From: a virus
Lineage: Duplodnaviria > Caudoviricetes
Virus record (IMG/VR): IMGVR_UViG_3300005805_000121
Coordinates: 1 to 50,792 of that record
Length of the DNA: 50,792 nt
Reading direction: 5' to 3' (one strand)
Made by a program: the position numbers and the translations under genes. The notes beneath the pieces are model-generated. The model saw only the letters and a list, made by a program, of their open reading frames with translations, did not search any database and had not been told where the DNA came from. Below are positions 1 to 9,609 of this stretch, piece after piece (position 1 is the stretch's first letter; each line of letters starts with the position of its first letter).

Positions 1-756
1 GTTGTCTAGGTAACCGCGTTTGTTGACTGTAGCCCAAGCAATGTTTTCTGCTTCGTCTTTGCTCTTACCAGTTTTAATTTCAGAATTTTTGATATGACCT
101 ACCATACGATCTACTTTGGCACCTTCACCTACTCCACCACCTGCAATGACGCCGGCATTCATTTCATGCATATCTTTTTCATCGTAATATTCTTTTACGC
201 TGTTTAAATAGTCATTTGCTTTAATTAGTTTTTCTTGTACCCAGCCTTCAAGACCTTCATCTTCTGATCTATTTTTTAATAAATCGTAGATAGCTTTAGC
301 ATTTTTCATGGTTGCTAGTACATCACTACGTGCCATTTCAACTTCATGATCTACACGACTTTGACCATGTGGTACAAAACCAGTTTTACGCTTCATACCT
401 TGCCCGGGAACAATAATTACATCATCTTCATCAAGTTTTGCTTCCTTTACTGGCTCTGGCTTTTGCTGCATTGCCTTACGCATTTCCTCTTTAGTCTTAC
501 CGTATTTCTTTTTGAATTCTACATCAGTGAGTCCGTCTCTTCCACCTTTTAAATCCATAGAAAGTTCTTTGACTTTACCTTCGCTTAGACTGTTAGCATA
601 TGGTCCTTTTTTCTTTGTTTTACCAAACATAACCTTTTCTGCTGGTTCTAGTCCACGAACTGATGGACGCTTTTGTGTTTCGCCCATTGGTTTAGCAACT
701 GTAGCTACTGCCCCGGCGGTAGTAGTCTCAGATAGTATAATTTGATGTATTTTCAT
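1..756 (-). CDS. Partial (runs off the window start) charged mosaic protein, probable prohead core/internal head protein
   Basis: Absent from the ORF track because it is truncated. My translation from ATG 756 is open to base 1: MKIHQIILSETTTAGAVATV...DHEVEMARSDVL...LEGWVQEKLIKANDYLNSVKEYY...KSKDEAENIAWATVNKRGYLDN. Late motif at 779-786; several hydrophobic-X-E sites. Confidence 0.75.
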   Translation of the reverse strand, partial: MKIHQIILSETTTAGAVATVAKPMGETQKRPSVRGLEPAEKVMFGKTKKKGPYANSLSEGKVKELSMDLKGGRDGLTDVEFKKKYGKTKEEMRKAMQQKPEPVKEAKLDEDDVIIVPGQGMKRKTGFVPHGQSRVDHEVEMARSDVLATMKNAKAIYDLLKNRSEDEGLEGWVQEKLIKANDYLNSVKEYYDEKDMHEMNAGVIAGGGVGEGAKVDRMVGHIKNSEIKTGKSKDEAENIAWATVNKRGYLDN

Positions 757-778
757 AGTGGATTCCGAAATAATATAG

Positions 779-786
779 TATTTATC
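779..786 (-). promoter_or_regulatory. T4-like late promoter motif GATAAATA
   Basis: One of many (N)ATAAATA copies found just upstream of gene starts; resembles the T4 gp55-dependent TATAAATA. Confidence 0.65.
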
Positions 787-811
787 TATATCCACGTTTA
801 AAGTAATTATG

Positions 812-1336
812 TTAAGAAAGTCTATAATACAACAATTGATCCCACCAGATATTAACACCAGTACCACCTGAATCAGGACCATCTAATCTTATTTGTACTC
901 TAGTTGTAGAAGGATTAACAAGAGTATATGTGTGAGAGATTTGAACCCAAGATGTAGATATATTTTCAACTGTATTAGGGGCTTCTAGATAAGTACCATT
1001 GGAATCAGCACCAAATATGAAGATACCGGCTTGTGTTGCACTAGAAGCTTTAACATATACGGTAGCTTTCCACGTTTGTCCGGGTGCGGCTGTGGCTAGA
1101 TTCCAATATTGAGCATTATAAGTATTTGTATAGGGGTCATTTCCAGTTACAGCCATTTTAAATGGTACGCCACCTGCAGGACTAAGGCCAGTAGTACTAT
1201 CTCTGCTTACTGTTGCAGCATTTGCTCCAGCAAATCCAGCCCAAGAAAATATATCTAAAGAAGAAGGAATAACGTTAGTGTAATCACCAACCATCATGCC
1301 TGTTCCTAATGTTACACCAATTAAACTTATTGTCAT
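812..1336 (-). CDS. Carbohydrate-binding (CBM4/9, galactose-binding-like) domain protein, probably virion-associated
   Basis: Pattern PGQTWKATVYVKAS...STSWVQISHTYT...VQIRLDG...IWWDQL is typical of CBM4/9-like jelly rolls. Confidence 0.6.
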   Translation of the reverse strand: MTISLIGVTLGTGMMVGDYTNVIPSSLDIFSWAGFAGANAATVSRDSTTGLSPAGGVPFKMAVTGNDPYTNTYNAQYWNLATAAPGQTWKATVYVKASSATQAGIFIFGADSNGTYLEAPNTVENISTSWVQISHTYTLVNPSTTRVQIRLDGPDSGGTGVNIWWDQLLYYRLS

Positions 1337-1593
1337 ATAGTCTCCCCGTATACTTTTCCGTTCATGTCAATTGCTCTCACCGCACGAATGAAATTATTAC
1401 AGGTTTTATCGTTCGACAATAGTACATTGTCAATACATCTCCAAAACTCATTGATAATTGCAGGTTCACAGTTACAAGTACTTGCTATTCTATAACGTGC
1501 GAATCCAAAAGGTGCGCAGGAAAAATCAACGTCAGACTCTACTTGACTATTAATTAAACCAGTGTCTGTTAAAATGTAAAAATTATAAATCAT
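1333..1593 (-). CDS. Hypothetical protein (86 aa)
   Basis: Fills the gap exactly, with start/stop overlaps to both neighbours. Confidence 0.6.
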   Translation of the reverse strand: MIYNFYILTDTGLINSQVESDVDFSCAPFGFARYRIASTCNCEPAIINEFWRCIDNVLLSNDKTCNNFIRAVRAIDMNGKVYGETI

Positions 1594-2378
1594 TATCGTA
1601 CCATTATCATGTATTGGTTTGTTCCACCGTATCTATTTCCGCCAGCCGTGAGATAAGTACCACTAAGAAAGTTACCGCTACCGTCTGTACTACTACCGCC
1701 GCACCATGGACCTGAATAATATACAACACTATCATTTCCACAATATGTTGTTACCATAGAAGTAGCGACACCGCCGTATCCAGAGAATCCGCAACAATCA
1801 CGCATGTAATACAAATTATTAGCAGTGCCAGTAACTGGGTATCCAATTGCACCTTGCATACCAGGAAAACTTGTAGAACCATAAACACCTGTGTCTGATT
1901 TTAATGTACTGTATGCTGATCCGCTCTGTTGGGTGTCGCTTGTTATGAACGTTGTATAACTAGATAAGGATACTTTGTATACAAATGAGCCCCAAGAATT
2001 GTTATTAATATTTGCTCTATTACCGAAAATATATTCAGTGAATGTAGATTCACCATGCCATAACGTATACCAACCTGCCTGATAAGCTTGTGTAAAATCA
2101 GATATATTTCCAATTCGACCACCTTGCCATCCCCAATTTGTAGATCCATAAACAACAGTGCTAGGATGACTTCGTGCCAGCATCATCCATCCTCCACCGT
2201 CTGTGGTCATATCACACCATATAGTCTGCGGACCTGTATTTGCATTAGGATATAGTGTGTAGTATCCGTCTACGTTTTGATATGCAGGATTAGCAGCAAG
2301 CAATTGTTTAGCCGTAGAAAAAGACTGATTGCTTAGTCCTACCCCACTGACAGTAATTCCTGACATACTTAAAGGCAT
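1593..2378 (-). CDS. Fibrinogen C-terminal/intelectin-like domain protein (putative adhesin)
   Basis: DGYYTLYP...IWCDMTTDGGGWMML is the fibrinogen-related domain N-terminal signature. Confidence 0.75.
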   Translation of the reverse strand: MPLSMSGITVSGVGLSNQSFSTAKQLLAANPAYQNVDGYYTLYPNANTGPQTIWCDMTTDGGGWMMLARSHPSTVVYGSTNWGWQGGRIGNISDFTQAYQAGWYTLWHGESTFTEYIFGNRANINNNSWGSFVYKVSLSSYTTFITSDTQQSGSAYSTLKSDTGVYGSTSFPGMQGAIGYPVTGTANNLYYMRDCCGFSGYGGVATSMVTTYCGNDSVVYYSGPWCGGSSTDGSGNFLSGTYLTAGGNRYGGTNQYMIMVR

Positions 2379-3847
2379 TAATATTTCCCCGATGGATTTA
2401 ATGTAGGAGGAATACCTGCACGGCTTATTTTATTGCCAAACTTTTTAGCATTGTTTTTCATTGTATAAGGTTTTATATCTACTGTCAATGCTGTTTTGAA
2501 CCTTGGATCATTTTTTTCACTATTGTTAGGAATATATCCTGATGCACTTTCAGTAACTGTCATTGCTAAATCTTTACTTAATATTCGTATATTTTCGGGA
2601 GGTATTTTACTAGTAATTGCGATTTCATATTCGGCGCCCGGTGTTACTTGTCCTATTAATCCCGAAGTATCAATTTCTAACAATGCTAATGCTTCATCTT
2701 CATCGAACTCGTCACCTAACCAATTCATCACTGCATCTTCCATAGCATTTTTATCTGGGAAACAATATATAGCAGGTTTTTCATCTAAGATTTTTCTAGC
2801 TCTGTCTCCCCTTTGAGGAATTAATCCTTGCGACATAATAGAAGTTAGATTATTAGATGGAGTTACATGGTATACCTGATCAGGTAAATCATCATATTTT
2901 TCTTCTTCTAAATTAGCTTTCTTTAGTTTTGTATAATAGTTAGGATCTTCTGCTAAATGGTCAAGTGCTATTTCACGTGCGGTTTGTGCGTATGTAGTAT
3001 GCTCACCTTCAACTTTAATTCCCTTCTTAAGTTGATCTAATATATGCTTTACAGTTACATTATGTTTTAGTGCTAAACTACGTACACTCAACGTAGGCTT
3101 ATCAAGCAATTTAGTACTACCGGGTGTTTTGTATTGCGTTTCAATAGTCAATTCTTCGCTGTGCAATTTATCACGTAGATCATATAGCTTGGTAATGTAA
3201 TCTTGATTACGTAATGCTTTATATGCTAAATTTTCAGGACCAAATTCACCTGCTTTATCTAATCCAGCTTGTCTGTACTGTTTGATTTTTTTAATAACAT
3301 TGTTTACTACAGACAAGTCTCTAGACTTTAATGCATGTTTGACTAATGTATGCAACTTATCATATTTTGCTTTGGTACTAGTCTGATCAAAGTTAGCTCG
3401 TTTTTTACTAGGAACCTTAATCCATTTGTTTTGCAGTATACTGTACTCGCCCAAACTTATAACAGGCTGATTAATATCCTGCACATATAATTCAATTGGC
3501 ACACCGTGAATTTTTATGTTATGACTATCATTGTAAATTGTTTTCTTAGCATGAAATAGTTCACGATACACATCGTTGTTTGGCAACTCATCCATATCTA
3601 CTAAAATATGAAGGTCTAGGTCACTGTGAGGAGTATAGCTATAAGCAGCATTACTACCAGATACAGTCAAGTCTTTAACATCGAAACTATTAATACCCAG
3701 TTCTTCGATAAAATCCTGAGCAATTTTTTTCAGTTGCTTTTTAACTTCTGGTCTTAGATGATTATTCATCCACAGTTTGGGATTGAGTGCGTTATGGAAC
3801 TTAACAGCATCACTCAAATTAAACGATTTTAGCTCATGTATATTCAT
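2378..3847 (-). CDS. Multidomain protein: Pol-beta-superfamily nucleotidyltransferase + DUF5661-like + ADP-ribosyltransferase (Tpt1/KptA-like) fold + C-terminal module
   Basis: NTase motif VSGSNAAYSYTPHSDLDLHILVD plus IELYVQD; DUF5661-like KGIKVEGEHT...AREIALDHLAEDPNYYTKL; ART-like VYHVT...SIMSQGL...IYCF...EYEI...IPPENI. Confidence 0.7.
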   Translation of the reverse strand: MNIHELKSFNLSDAVKFHNALNPKLWMNNHLRPEVKKQLKKIAQDFIEELGINSFDVKDLTVSGSNAAYSYTPHSDLDLHILVDMDELPNNDVYRELFHAKKTIYNDSHNIKIHGVPIELYVQDINQPVISLGEYSILQNKWIKVPSKKRANFDQTSTKAKYDKLHTLVKHALKSRDLSVVNNVIKKIKQYRQAGLDKAGEFGPENLAYKALRNQDYITKLYDLRDKLHSEELTIETQYKTPGSTKLLDKPTLSVRSLALKHNVTVKHILDQLKKGIKVEGEHTTYAQTAREIALDHLAEDPNYYTKLKKANLEEEKYDDLPDQVYHVTPSNNLTSIMSQGLIPQRGDRARKILDEKPAIYCFPDKNAMEDAVMNWLGDEFDEDEALALLEIDTSGLIGQVTPGAEYEIAITSKIPPENIRILSKDLAMTVTESASGYIPNNSEKNDPRFKTALTVDIKPYTMKNNAKKFGNKISRAGIPPTLNPSGKY

Positions 3848-3853
3848 AAGAAG

Positions 3854-3861
3854 TATTTATC
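3854..3861 (-). promoter_or_regulatory. Late promoter GATAAATA 6 nt upstream of ATG (probably leaderless)
   Basis: Minus strand reads GATAAATA-CTTCTT-ATG, leaving no room for an SD. Confidence 0.7.
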
Positions 3862-3863
3862 AT

Positions 3864-3885
3864 AAAAAAGCCCCTTGCGGGGCTA
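3864..3885 (-). terminator. Intrinsic terminator
   Basis: Minus strand AGCCCC-GCAA-GGGGCT followed by a T run, immediately after the stop at 3888. Confidence 0.85.
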
Positions 3886-3887
3886 TT

Positions 3888-4754
3888 TTACTGTGCAACT
3901 TCGTTGCCGTCTTTGTCTAACAATTTACATCCTTGATTTCTTCGTTCTTGGACGTACATAGGTCCTACAGTGTTAAGTAGATGCTGCTGATTTTCCATAC
4001 AGAATACATAACTACCACTATGACGCAATAACACACGTTTATCAATATAAATCTTACCGCCTAAGTCACGCCAGTTTTCGCAGAAAGTCCAATCTTCACT
4101 ATAATAGCGATTTTGACGAACTGCTGTATCAAAGTAGGTTTTTAAGTGTTGATCGTATTTAGGGTCAAGTCCTATATCGTTCTTATACTGCTTCACAGCA
4201 GGATGACTGTTCAACTTACCGAACACGTGTTTCTTCATAAGCAAGAATCCTGTTCCTGCTTTGCTTACTTCTTGTAGCCCATCTGGACCCTCTTCAGCAC
4301 CTTCGAATCCATTAACTACCCACTTGATGGGCATAGTCTTCATTGGGTATAGTCCACCGATAACATCAACGTCACGATTCAATAAAACTAACAAGTGCCA
4401 TGGTTCCCAACCAATGTCTGCATCAACAAAGAATAAGTGTGTTGCATCCGGCATATCTAAGAATTTAGCCGTTAGTGTGTTTCTAGCACGACTAATTAAT
4501 GATTCGTTGACCATTGTTTCCAATGTCCAATCGATGCCTAACTGTCTTGCTGTATTTGCCCACTTGATAAAACTCATGAAGGTGGATTCTGTAAGCATCC
4601 CTCCATAACACGGCATCGCAATATGAACTCGGGTAGTTCGCAAGAAATCTACGTTGACCTGAACTTGTCCGGGTTGAGCCTGTTGATTTTGTTGTTCAGC
4701 AATTTCCTGAACTTTTTCGACTGGGATTGTTTTTTCTTCGGTGTTGTCTGACAT
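3888..4754 (-). CDS. Glycosyltransferase-like protein (GT-A fold, GT2-like)
   Basis: IAMPCYGG, ESLISRARN, DxD motif FFVDADIGW, GTGFLL, SEDWTFC. Confidence 0.75.
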   Translation of the reverse strand: MSDNTEEKTIPVEKVQEIAEQQNQQAQPGQVQVNVDFLRTTRVHIAMPCYGGMLTESTFMSFIKWANTARQLGIDWTLETMVNESLISRARNTLTAKFLDMPDATHLFFVDADIGWEPWHLLVLLNRDVDVIGGLYPMKTMPIKWVVNGFEGAEEGPDGLQEVSKAGTGFLLMKKHVFGKLNSHPAVKQYKNDIGLDPKYDQHLKTYFDTAVRQNRYYSEDWTFCENWRDLGGKIYIDKRVLLRHSGSYVFCMENQQHLLNTVGPMYVQERRNQGCKLLDKDGNEVAQ

Positions 4755-4810
4755 GAATTCCTCAATAAAGTTATAAGTTTATTTAGATAGAAAAATGCTT
4801 CTACTAAAAA

Positions 4811-5470
4811 TTATACTTCATCGAGGTAATCTTCATTGATTGTGGATATGTTTGGGTGTTTTTCGAAGCCTTCCGCCACACCTTGTTCACCGCCCATACC
4901 TATGTCTAGCATTTGTACCACATTTTTCGCTAGCTTAAGATTCTTTTGAGTAACAGGATATAGACTCATAACCAGTGCAGTTTTTTGTCTATCATTTAAA
5001 TTGGGCCATGCATTACGAATTTCAGTGGCACTACGTATGCCAGGACCAAATTCTACTGTCGGCAAATAACCAATGTATGCATGTTTACTGAAAGGTTGTA
5101 AATTTTCACCAGTCCATGGTTGAAAATATGCAGGGCTACCGTCTTTCTTTGTTCCACCTGGCTTAGGCTGTTCGTTTCTATCTTTTTCGCTACGCACAAA
5201 GATTAACACATCTTCATTAGGATCATATTGACTTGTTATTTCTTCTGCTTTAAAAGGACTCTTAACCTGTATGAATCGTCCAGGAGCAACACCGGCTAGT
5301 TTTGCTAGTTTTTCTTTTATTGAGAAAGGAAAGGGTCTTGCTTTTTGATCATTAGTTGCAGCAACATATACGTCAGCATTGGGGAAAGCTTCCACAGCGG
5401 ATTTGTATAATGCATAATGACCTGCATGAAATGGATGAAAGCCTCCGGGCATGACGACGATTTGTTTCAT
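4811..5470 (-). CDS. Cytidylyltransferase-like (HxGH nucleotidyltransferase) protein
   Basis: N-terminal PGGFHPFHAGH and C-terminal SATEIR motif. Confidence 0.8.
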   Translation of the reverse strand: MKQIVVMPGGFHPFHAGHYALYKSAVEAFPNADVYVAATNDQKARPFPFSIKEKLAKLAGVAPGRFIQVKSPFKAEEITSQYDPNEDVLIFVRSEKDRNEQPKPGGTKKDGSPAYFQPWTGENLQPFSKHAYIGYLPTVEFGPGIRSATEIRNAWPNLNDRQKTALVMSLYPVTQKNLKLAKNVVQMLDIGMGGEQGVAEGFEKHPNISTINEDYLDEV

Positions 5471-5992
5471 TTATTTTCCCGGTGGATTGTAAGTTTGTTC
5501 GTACTCGACTTTTGCTATTCTATAATAACCTGCATCGCCGTCTTTAACTAGATAATCTCCTGGTTTTAAAATCATAGATTCACCCCACGGCGCAGTAAAT
5601 GTCACTGGATCTTTACCGGTGTATAATGCCACCATGCGAGGACTCTGTTCTGGCATTACGTTTTGTCCTATTTCACCTTGATATAATTTAGAAAACTTAG
5701 CACCCTTGACAACGTAGTTTTCTCTACTAGGACCAGACATAATTATATCACCAGGTGCAGCAACGTTTTGTGTTTCTTTACCATCGCTTGTTACGGTAAC
5801 AACAGGTTGTTCTTTATTTGATACTGTGTACGTCATGGCTGGTAATTTACCAGGCATCCCGTCTTTTACAAACTTATACTGCTTTGGTTGTTTTTTTGTA
5901 GGTAAGAATTTAAGTTGACCAGCTATTGTATTTATGTCAATCACTGCTTCATTTAGCATATCAATATATTTTCTAAAAAGTTCTGAACTCAT
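5471..5992 (-). CDS. PGDYG-like family protein
   Basis: Duplicated motif APGDIIMSGPSRENYVV / PWGESMILKPGDYLVK...YYRI. Confidence 0.55.
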   Translation of the reverse strand: MSSELFRKYIDMLNEAVIDINTIAGQLKFLPTKKQPKQYKFVKDGMPGKLPAMTYTVSNKEQPVVTVTSDGKETQNVAAPGDIIMSGPSRENYVVKGAKFSKLYQGEIGQNVMPEQSPRMVALYTGKDPVTFTAPWGESMILKPGDYLVKDGDAGYYRIAKVEYEQTYNPPGK

Positions 5993-6005
5993 TTTTTTCC
6001 TTCCA

Positions 6006-6392
6006 TTAATAAGTTAATTTAACAAACTGGACTGTGCCACCCTGAAAATCTTCAACTTTAGCTCTCATAAAAACAAAATTACCCTGTACGTTAGTATATA
6101 CACTAGCATTGCTAGCTATCTGTGGTGCAGAATTTGCCACAGCATTTGCATTTGCCTCCAACTCATATACTTTGAACCAATCATTGGACGTAGGTGTAGT
6201 GGCTAGACTAGCTTCTAACACAATATTACCGGTGCAATTAGTTAATTTTATATTGACAGTTTGCAAATCTTGGTTACCTAAATAATAAGCAGCGGCAGGG
6301 TTACTGTTACCAGTAACCGTATATGGTGCTGAATTACCTGGATTAAGATATGTAGTTTGTGGTAACAATATCAATGTGGTTGTCTGAGACAT
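6006..6392 (-). CDS. Hypothetical beta-rich protein, probably structural
   Basis: 128-aa ORF, T/N/V-rich, coupled to the upstream gene. Confidence 0.6.
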   Translation of the reverse strand: MSQTTTLILLPQTTYLNPGNSAPYTVTGNSNPAAAYYLGNQDLQTVNIKLTNCTGNIVLEASLATTPTSNDWFKVYELEANANAVANSAPQIASNASVYTNVQGNFVFMRAKVEDFQGGTVQFVKLTY

Positions 6393-6562
6393 TATTCTGC
6401 CCCCATAACCTCTACTATTACACCCTCACCAACTAACTCTTGCGCTACTTGCTCTAGTGCTTGTTGAATCTCAGAATTAGCGAGAACTACTTTATCATTC
6501 TCGCTATCCTTTACGATTTTACTGAATTTTACTACCAACACATCTTCGACAATCTTTGCCAT
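6392..6562 (-). CDS. Small hypothetical protein (start revised to MAKIVED)
   Basis: GGAG SD precedes ATG 6562; late motif at 6585-6592. Confidence 0.6.
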   Translation of the reverse strand: MAKIVEDVLVVKFSKIVKDSENDKVVLANSEIQQALEQVAQELVGEGVIVEVMGAE

Positions 6563-6584
6563 GAAATACTCCATTTTAATAGAG

Positions 6585-6592
6585 TATTTATC
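6585..6592 (-). promoter_or_regulatory. Late promoter GATAAATA
   Basis: Overlaps the stop of the upstream gene and heads the 6562-4811 gene run. Confidence 0.65.
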
Positions 6593-7349
6593 ACTTTTCT
6601 TCAGTATCTGGTCTCTTTTCTAGATGGTACCTACGACCCAGCAAATCTCCGTGCATTAGACCCAAAAACGTGATAGCAGATTCTTCATCATATTCAATAG
6701 TATACGCAGAACTACAATATCTTCCACGATATGCACGTGTATTGTCAGCACTGTTAATCCACCTTTTTAATGCTGTACTAGGATGTAGTTCTTTAGACTT
6801 TTTAAACAAATCTTGCAGATCCGTCATCACACTTACATCCACACGTTTAGTTTTAAGATGAACACGGTATTTGTGTTTTGGTGGTCTTACAAAGTACTTA
6901 ACACCTGCAAAATAGCCAGGCTGTTCCATAACAGCTTCAGTAAAGTCAATATTAACCTGACCCCAAGACTTTAAATCATGTAATTTTTGCAGGTCGTTAG
7001 AGAAAATACCAACGGTATCACCCTCACTTCGTACAATAAATTCATCCTTCTTGTTTTTGATTGTCTTTTTAAATTCAAATAGTTTTTCCAACACCGGCTT
7101 GTATTGTGTGACATATGCCTTAAAATCATTCAATGATCCTTGATGATCAGTGATTGGTTTTTCAGTCCAAACATTACGATTAGACTTCATACGTGATTCC
7201 CAAACATCGACAGAGTTTGCATAATGAAAAAATCGTGATCCGGGAATTACTAGTCTAGCCCTATATTTGAACCTACTCCAATACTCGTACATTCGGTATT
7301 CGTAGTAATCAATACCAGGTACGTTGTCAACTGATTTCAATAATGCCAT
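6591..7349 (-). CDS. Hypothetical protein (252 aa)
   Basis: Long ORF overlapping the end of clpA; no motif recognised. Confidence 0.7.
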   Translation of the reverse strand: MALLKSVDNVPGIDYYEYRMYEYWSRFKYRARLVIPGSRFFHYANSVDVWESRMKSNRNVWTEKPITDHQGSLNDFKAYVTQYKPVLEKLFEFKKTIKNKKDEFIVRSEGDTVGIFSNDLQKLHDLKSWGQVNIDFTEAVMEQPGYFAGVKYFVRPPKHKYRVHLKTKRVDVSVMTDLQDLFKKSKELHPSTALKRWINSADNTRAYRGRYCSSAYTIEYDEESAITFLGLMHGDLLGRRYHLEKRPDTEEK

Positions 7350-9591
7350 CTTGATTCACCTTTGCAGAAACTTTAACAGTAGTGTTGAATTCTATCATAT
7401 CATTGGATAGAGTTGCAACTACATTGGCATTTTTAATTTGCTCAAAAAGGATCTTTTTACTCAAAGGAACCCGAATCAATTCGTCAATCTTACGTGATAA
7501 TGGTCTCGCACCCATTTTACTATCATAGCCCTTTTCTGCTAGATATTCAATAACTGGTTCGGTCAAAGTTAATGTAATATTGTGTTTGTCCAATAATGCT
7601 TTCTTGAGGTCTTCAGTAAACTTGATAACAATTTTCTTAATGGATAACGTATCTAGTTTACCAAACTTGCAGACCAAATCCAGTCTATTACGGAATTCGG
7701 GCTTGAAGAATTCTTTGAGTGCTTTATCATCTTCACCCGTTTTTTCTTGAGTTCCGAAACCGATGTTATTTCTCTCGTTGTCAGAACTACCCAAGTTACT
7801 AGTCATGATAATAATGGTATTCTTACATGTTACTTTTTTACCATTACTACCTGTAATCGTACCCTCATCAAGCATTTGCAGGAAGATGTTGAAAATATCA
7901 GGGTGAGCCTTTTCAACTTCATCAAACAACATGATAGCATGCGGATTCTTACTCAAATCACTAATCAATCGTCCACCTTGCACTTGACTGTCCCCGAAGC
8001 CAACGTAACCAGGAGGAGGTCCAATCAAACTAGATACTGAATGCTTTTCGCCATACTCACTCATGTCATACTTGAGTAATGGCATGTCTAAGTTCTTACT
8101 CAAGAGTTTAGCCAATTCAGTTTTACCTGTACCAGTTGGGCCTAAGAACAAGAAGCTACACATTGGCTTCGTTTCGTTCCCGATACCGGCAAATGACACA
8201 TAGACACGTTCAAGAACTTGTTGAATTGTTTCGTCCTGCCCATAGAGTTTACCCTTGATATTCAAATCAAGTGTACTGATTTTTTCGTAATTGTCACCTT
8301 TTAGCTTATCAGCCGGGACGCCTGTATACTTTTCTACCTGTTCGTAGATTAATTCCTTATTAATGATTGCTCCCTTGTTCATTGCAACACGTTGTTTTGC
8401 ACATGCGGCATCAAGCAAATCAATTGACTTATCAGGATTCTTTCTGTCATGGATGTACCTATTAGAACACTCTACTGCTGCCTTAATTGCTTCATCTGTA
8501 ATATTGACTTCGTGGAAGTCATTCAAACGTGAAGCCAATCCACTTAGGATTCGTACAGTAGATTCTTGGCTAGGTTCATCGATACCAATCTTATAGAATC
8601 GTCGCATCAATGCACGATCTTTTTCAAAACTCTCGTAGAATTCTTCCCAAGTAGTGCTTGCAATTACTTTCAGTGTTCCCTTAGTAATAGCTGGCTTAAT
8701 CATATTGGCGAAGTCTACACTACCATTGTTAGAACCACCTGCATTTTGCATGGTATGTGCTTCGTCAATAAAAAGAATAGCCTTCTTTTTAGTGTTCAAT
8801 GCATCAATAACTGCTTTGACTTTTTCTTCAAAGTCTCCGCGATATTTGCTACCTGCTAGCAGGCTACCAATCTCCAATGAGTAGAGTTGATAACCATCTA
8901 AGAATTCAGGAACTTCTTGCTTGACAAGTGCTTGAGCCAAACCTTCTACAATTGCAGTCTTACCTACGCCTGGATCACCGACCATCAGCACATTACTCTT
9001 GAAACGTTTAGCGAGGACGTTGATAATATCTTCAAGTTCCTTGCTACGTCCGATTACAGGTTCTAGCTTATCGTTTTGCGCTAGCTTAGTAAGATTAGTC
9101 GTGAATTCTTCAAGGATATCCTCTGCTTGATTTTCAGTAAGATTACCTGAATACTCTTGGCCTTTGTAGTTCTTTTGCCAGTGTTGTACGAACTCTGCTT
9201 TGTGAATTCCATACTTTAGCAAGAAATAATGTGCATGACTGTTACCTTCAGCAGCAATACTAAGATACAAATCAATTGTAGTAACTTGTCTACGTCCAGT
9301 AAACAAAACCTGTGTAATACTACGATTCATTACACGCTCTAAACTATTTGTGCGCCTTGGTACAACTTCAGGATCTTTGCTCTCAATAGCATGTAGACCA
9401 TTTAAATATGCACCGATTTCATCTGTCATAGTAGAAACGTCTGCACCAAAACTCACAAGACACTTTTTGAAAGGCTTATGACTTATTAACGATAGCAATA
9501 AGTGTTCTACAGTGCAATATTGATGTTTTCTATCCTTTGCTTCAGCAATGGCTTTCTCAATAATGCTTTCAATTTCTGGTGAGTTATTCAT
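7327..9591 (-). CDS. clpA: ClpA-type Hsp100 ATP-dependent unfoldase
   Basis: Clp N-domain, two AAA+ modules (GDPGVGKT/IDEAH; GPTGTGKT/FDEVEKAHP), KYRGDFEE pore loop, no ClpB middle domain, NIGFG loop. AAGGA SD favours ATG 9591 over 9606. Confidence 0.92.
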   Translation of the reverse strand: MNNSPEIESIIEKAIAEAKDRKHQYCTVEHLLLSLISHKPFKKCLVSFGADVSTMTDEIGAYLNGLHAIESKDPEVVPRRTNSLERVMNRSITQVLFTGRRQVTTIDLYLSIAAEGNSHAHYFLLKYGIHKAEFVQHWQKNYKGQEYSGNLTENQAEDILEEFTTNLTKLAQNDKLEPVIGRSKELEDIINVLAKRFKSNVLMVGDPGVGKTAIVEGLAQALVKQEVPEFLDGYQLYSLEIGSLLAGSKYRGDFEEKVKAVIDALNTKKKAILFIDEAHTMQNAGGSNNGSVDFANMIKPAITKGTLKVIASTTWEEFYESFEKDRALMRRFYKIGIDEPSQESTVRILSGLASRLNDFHEVNITDEAIKAAVECSNRYIHDRKNPDKSIDLLDAACAKQRVAMNKGAIINKELIYEQVEKYTGVPADKLKGDNYEKISTLDLNIKGKLYGQDETIQQVLERVYVSFAGIGNETKPMCSFLFLGPTGTGKTELAKLLSKNLDMPLLKYDMSEYGEKHSVSSLIGPPPGYVGFGDSQVQGGRLISDLSKNPHAIMLFDEVEKAHPDIFNIFLQMLDEGTITGSNGKKVTCKNTIIIMTSNLGSSDNERNNIGFGTQEKTGEDDKALKEFFKPEFRNRLDLVCKFGKLDTLSIKKIVIKFTEDLKKALLDKHNITLTLTEPVIEYLAEKGYDSKMGARPLSRKIDELIRVPLSKKILFEQIKNANVVATLSNDMIEFNTTVKVSAKVNQDGIIEIS

Positions 9592-9609
9592 AGTTTCCTT
9601 TTTCATTAT

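Noticed and set aside
812-2378. Diversity-generating retroelement targeting the lectin-like genes
   Set aside because: No reverse transcriptase and no template/variable repeat pair is visible in the window.
2378-3847. CBASS or toxin-antitoxin defence operon built on the NTase
   Set aside because: No adjacent effector, Cap or HEPN gene is recognisable; the context is a phage late gene.
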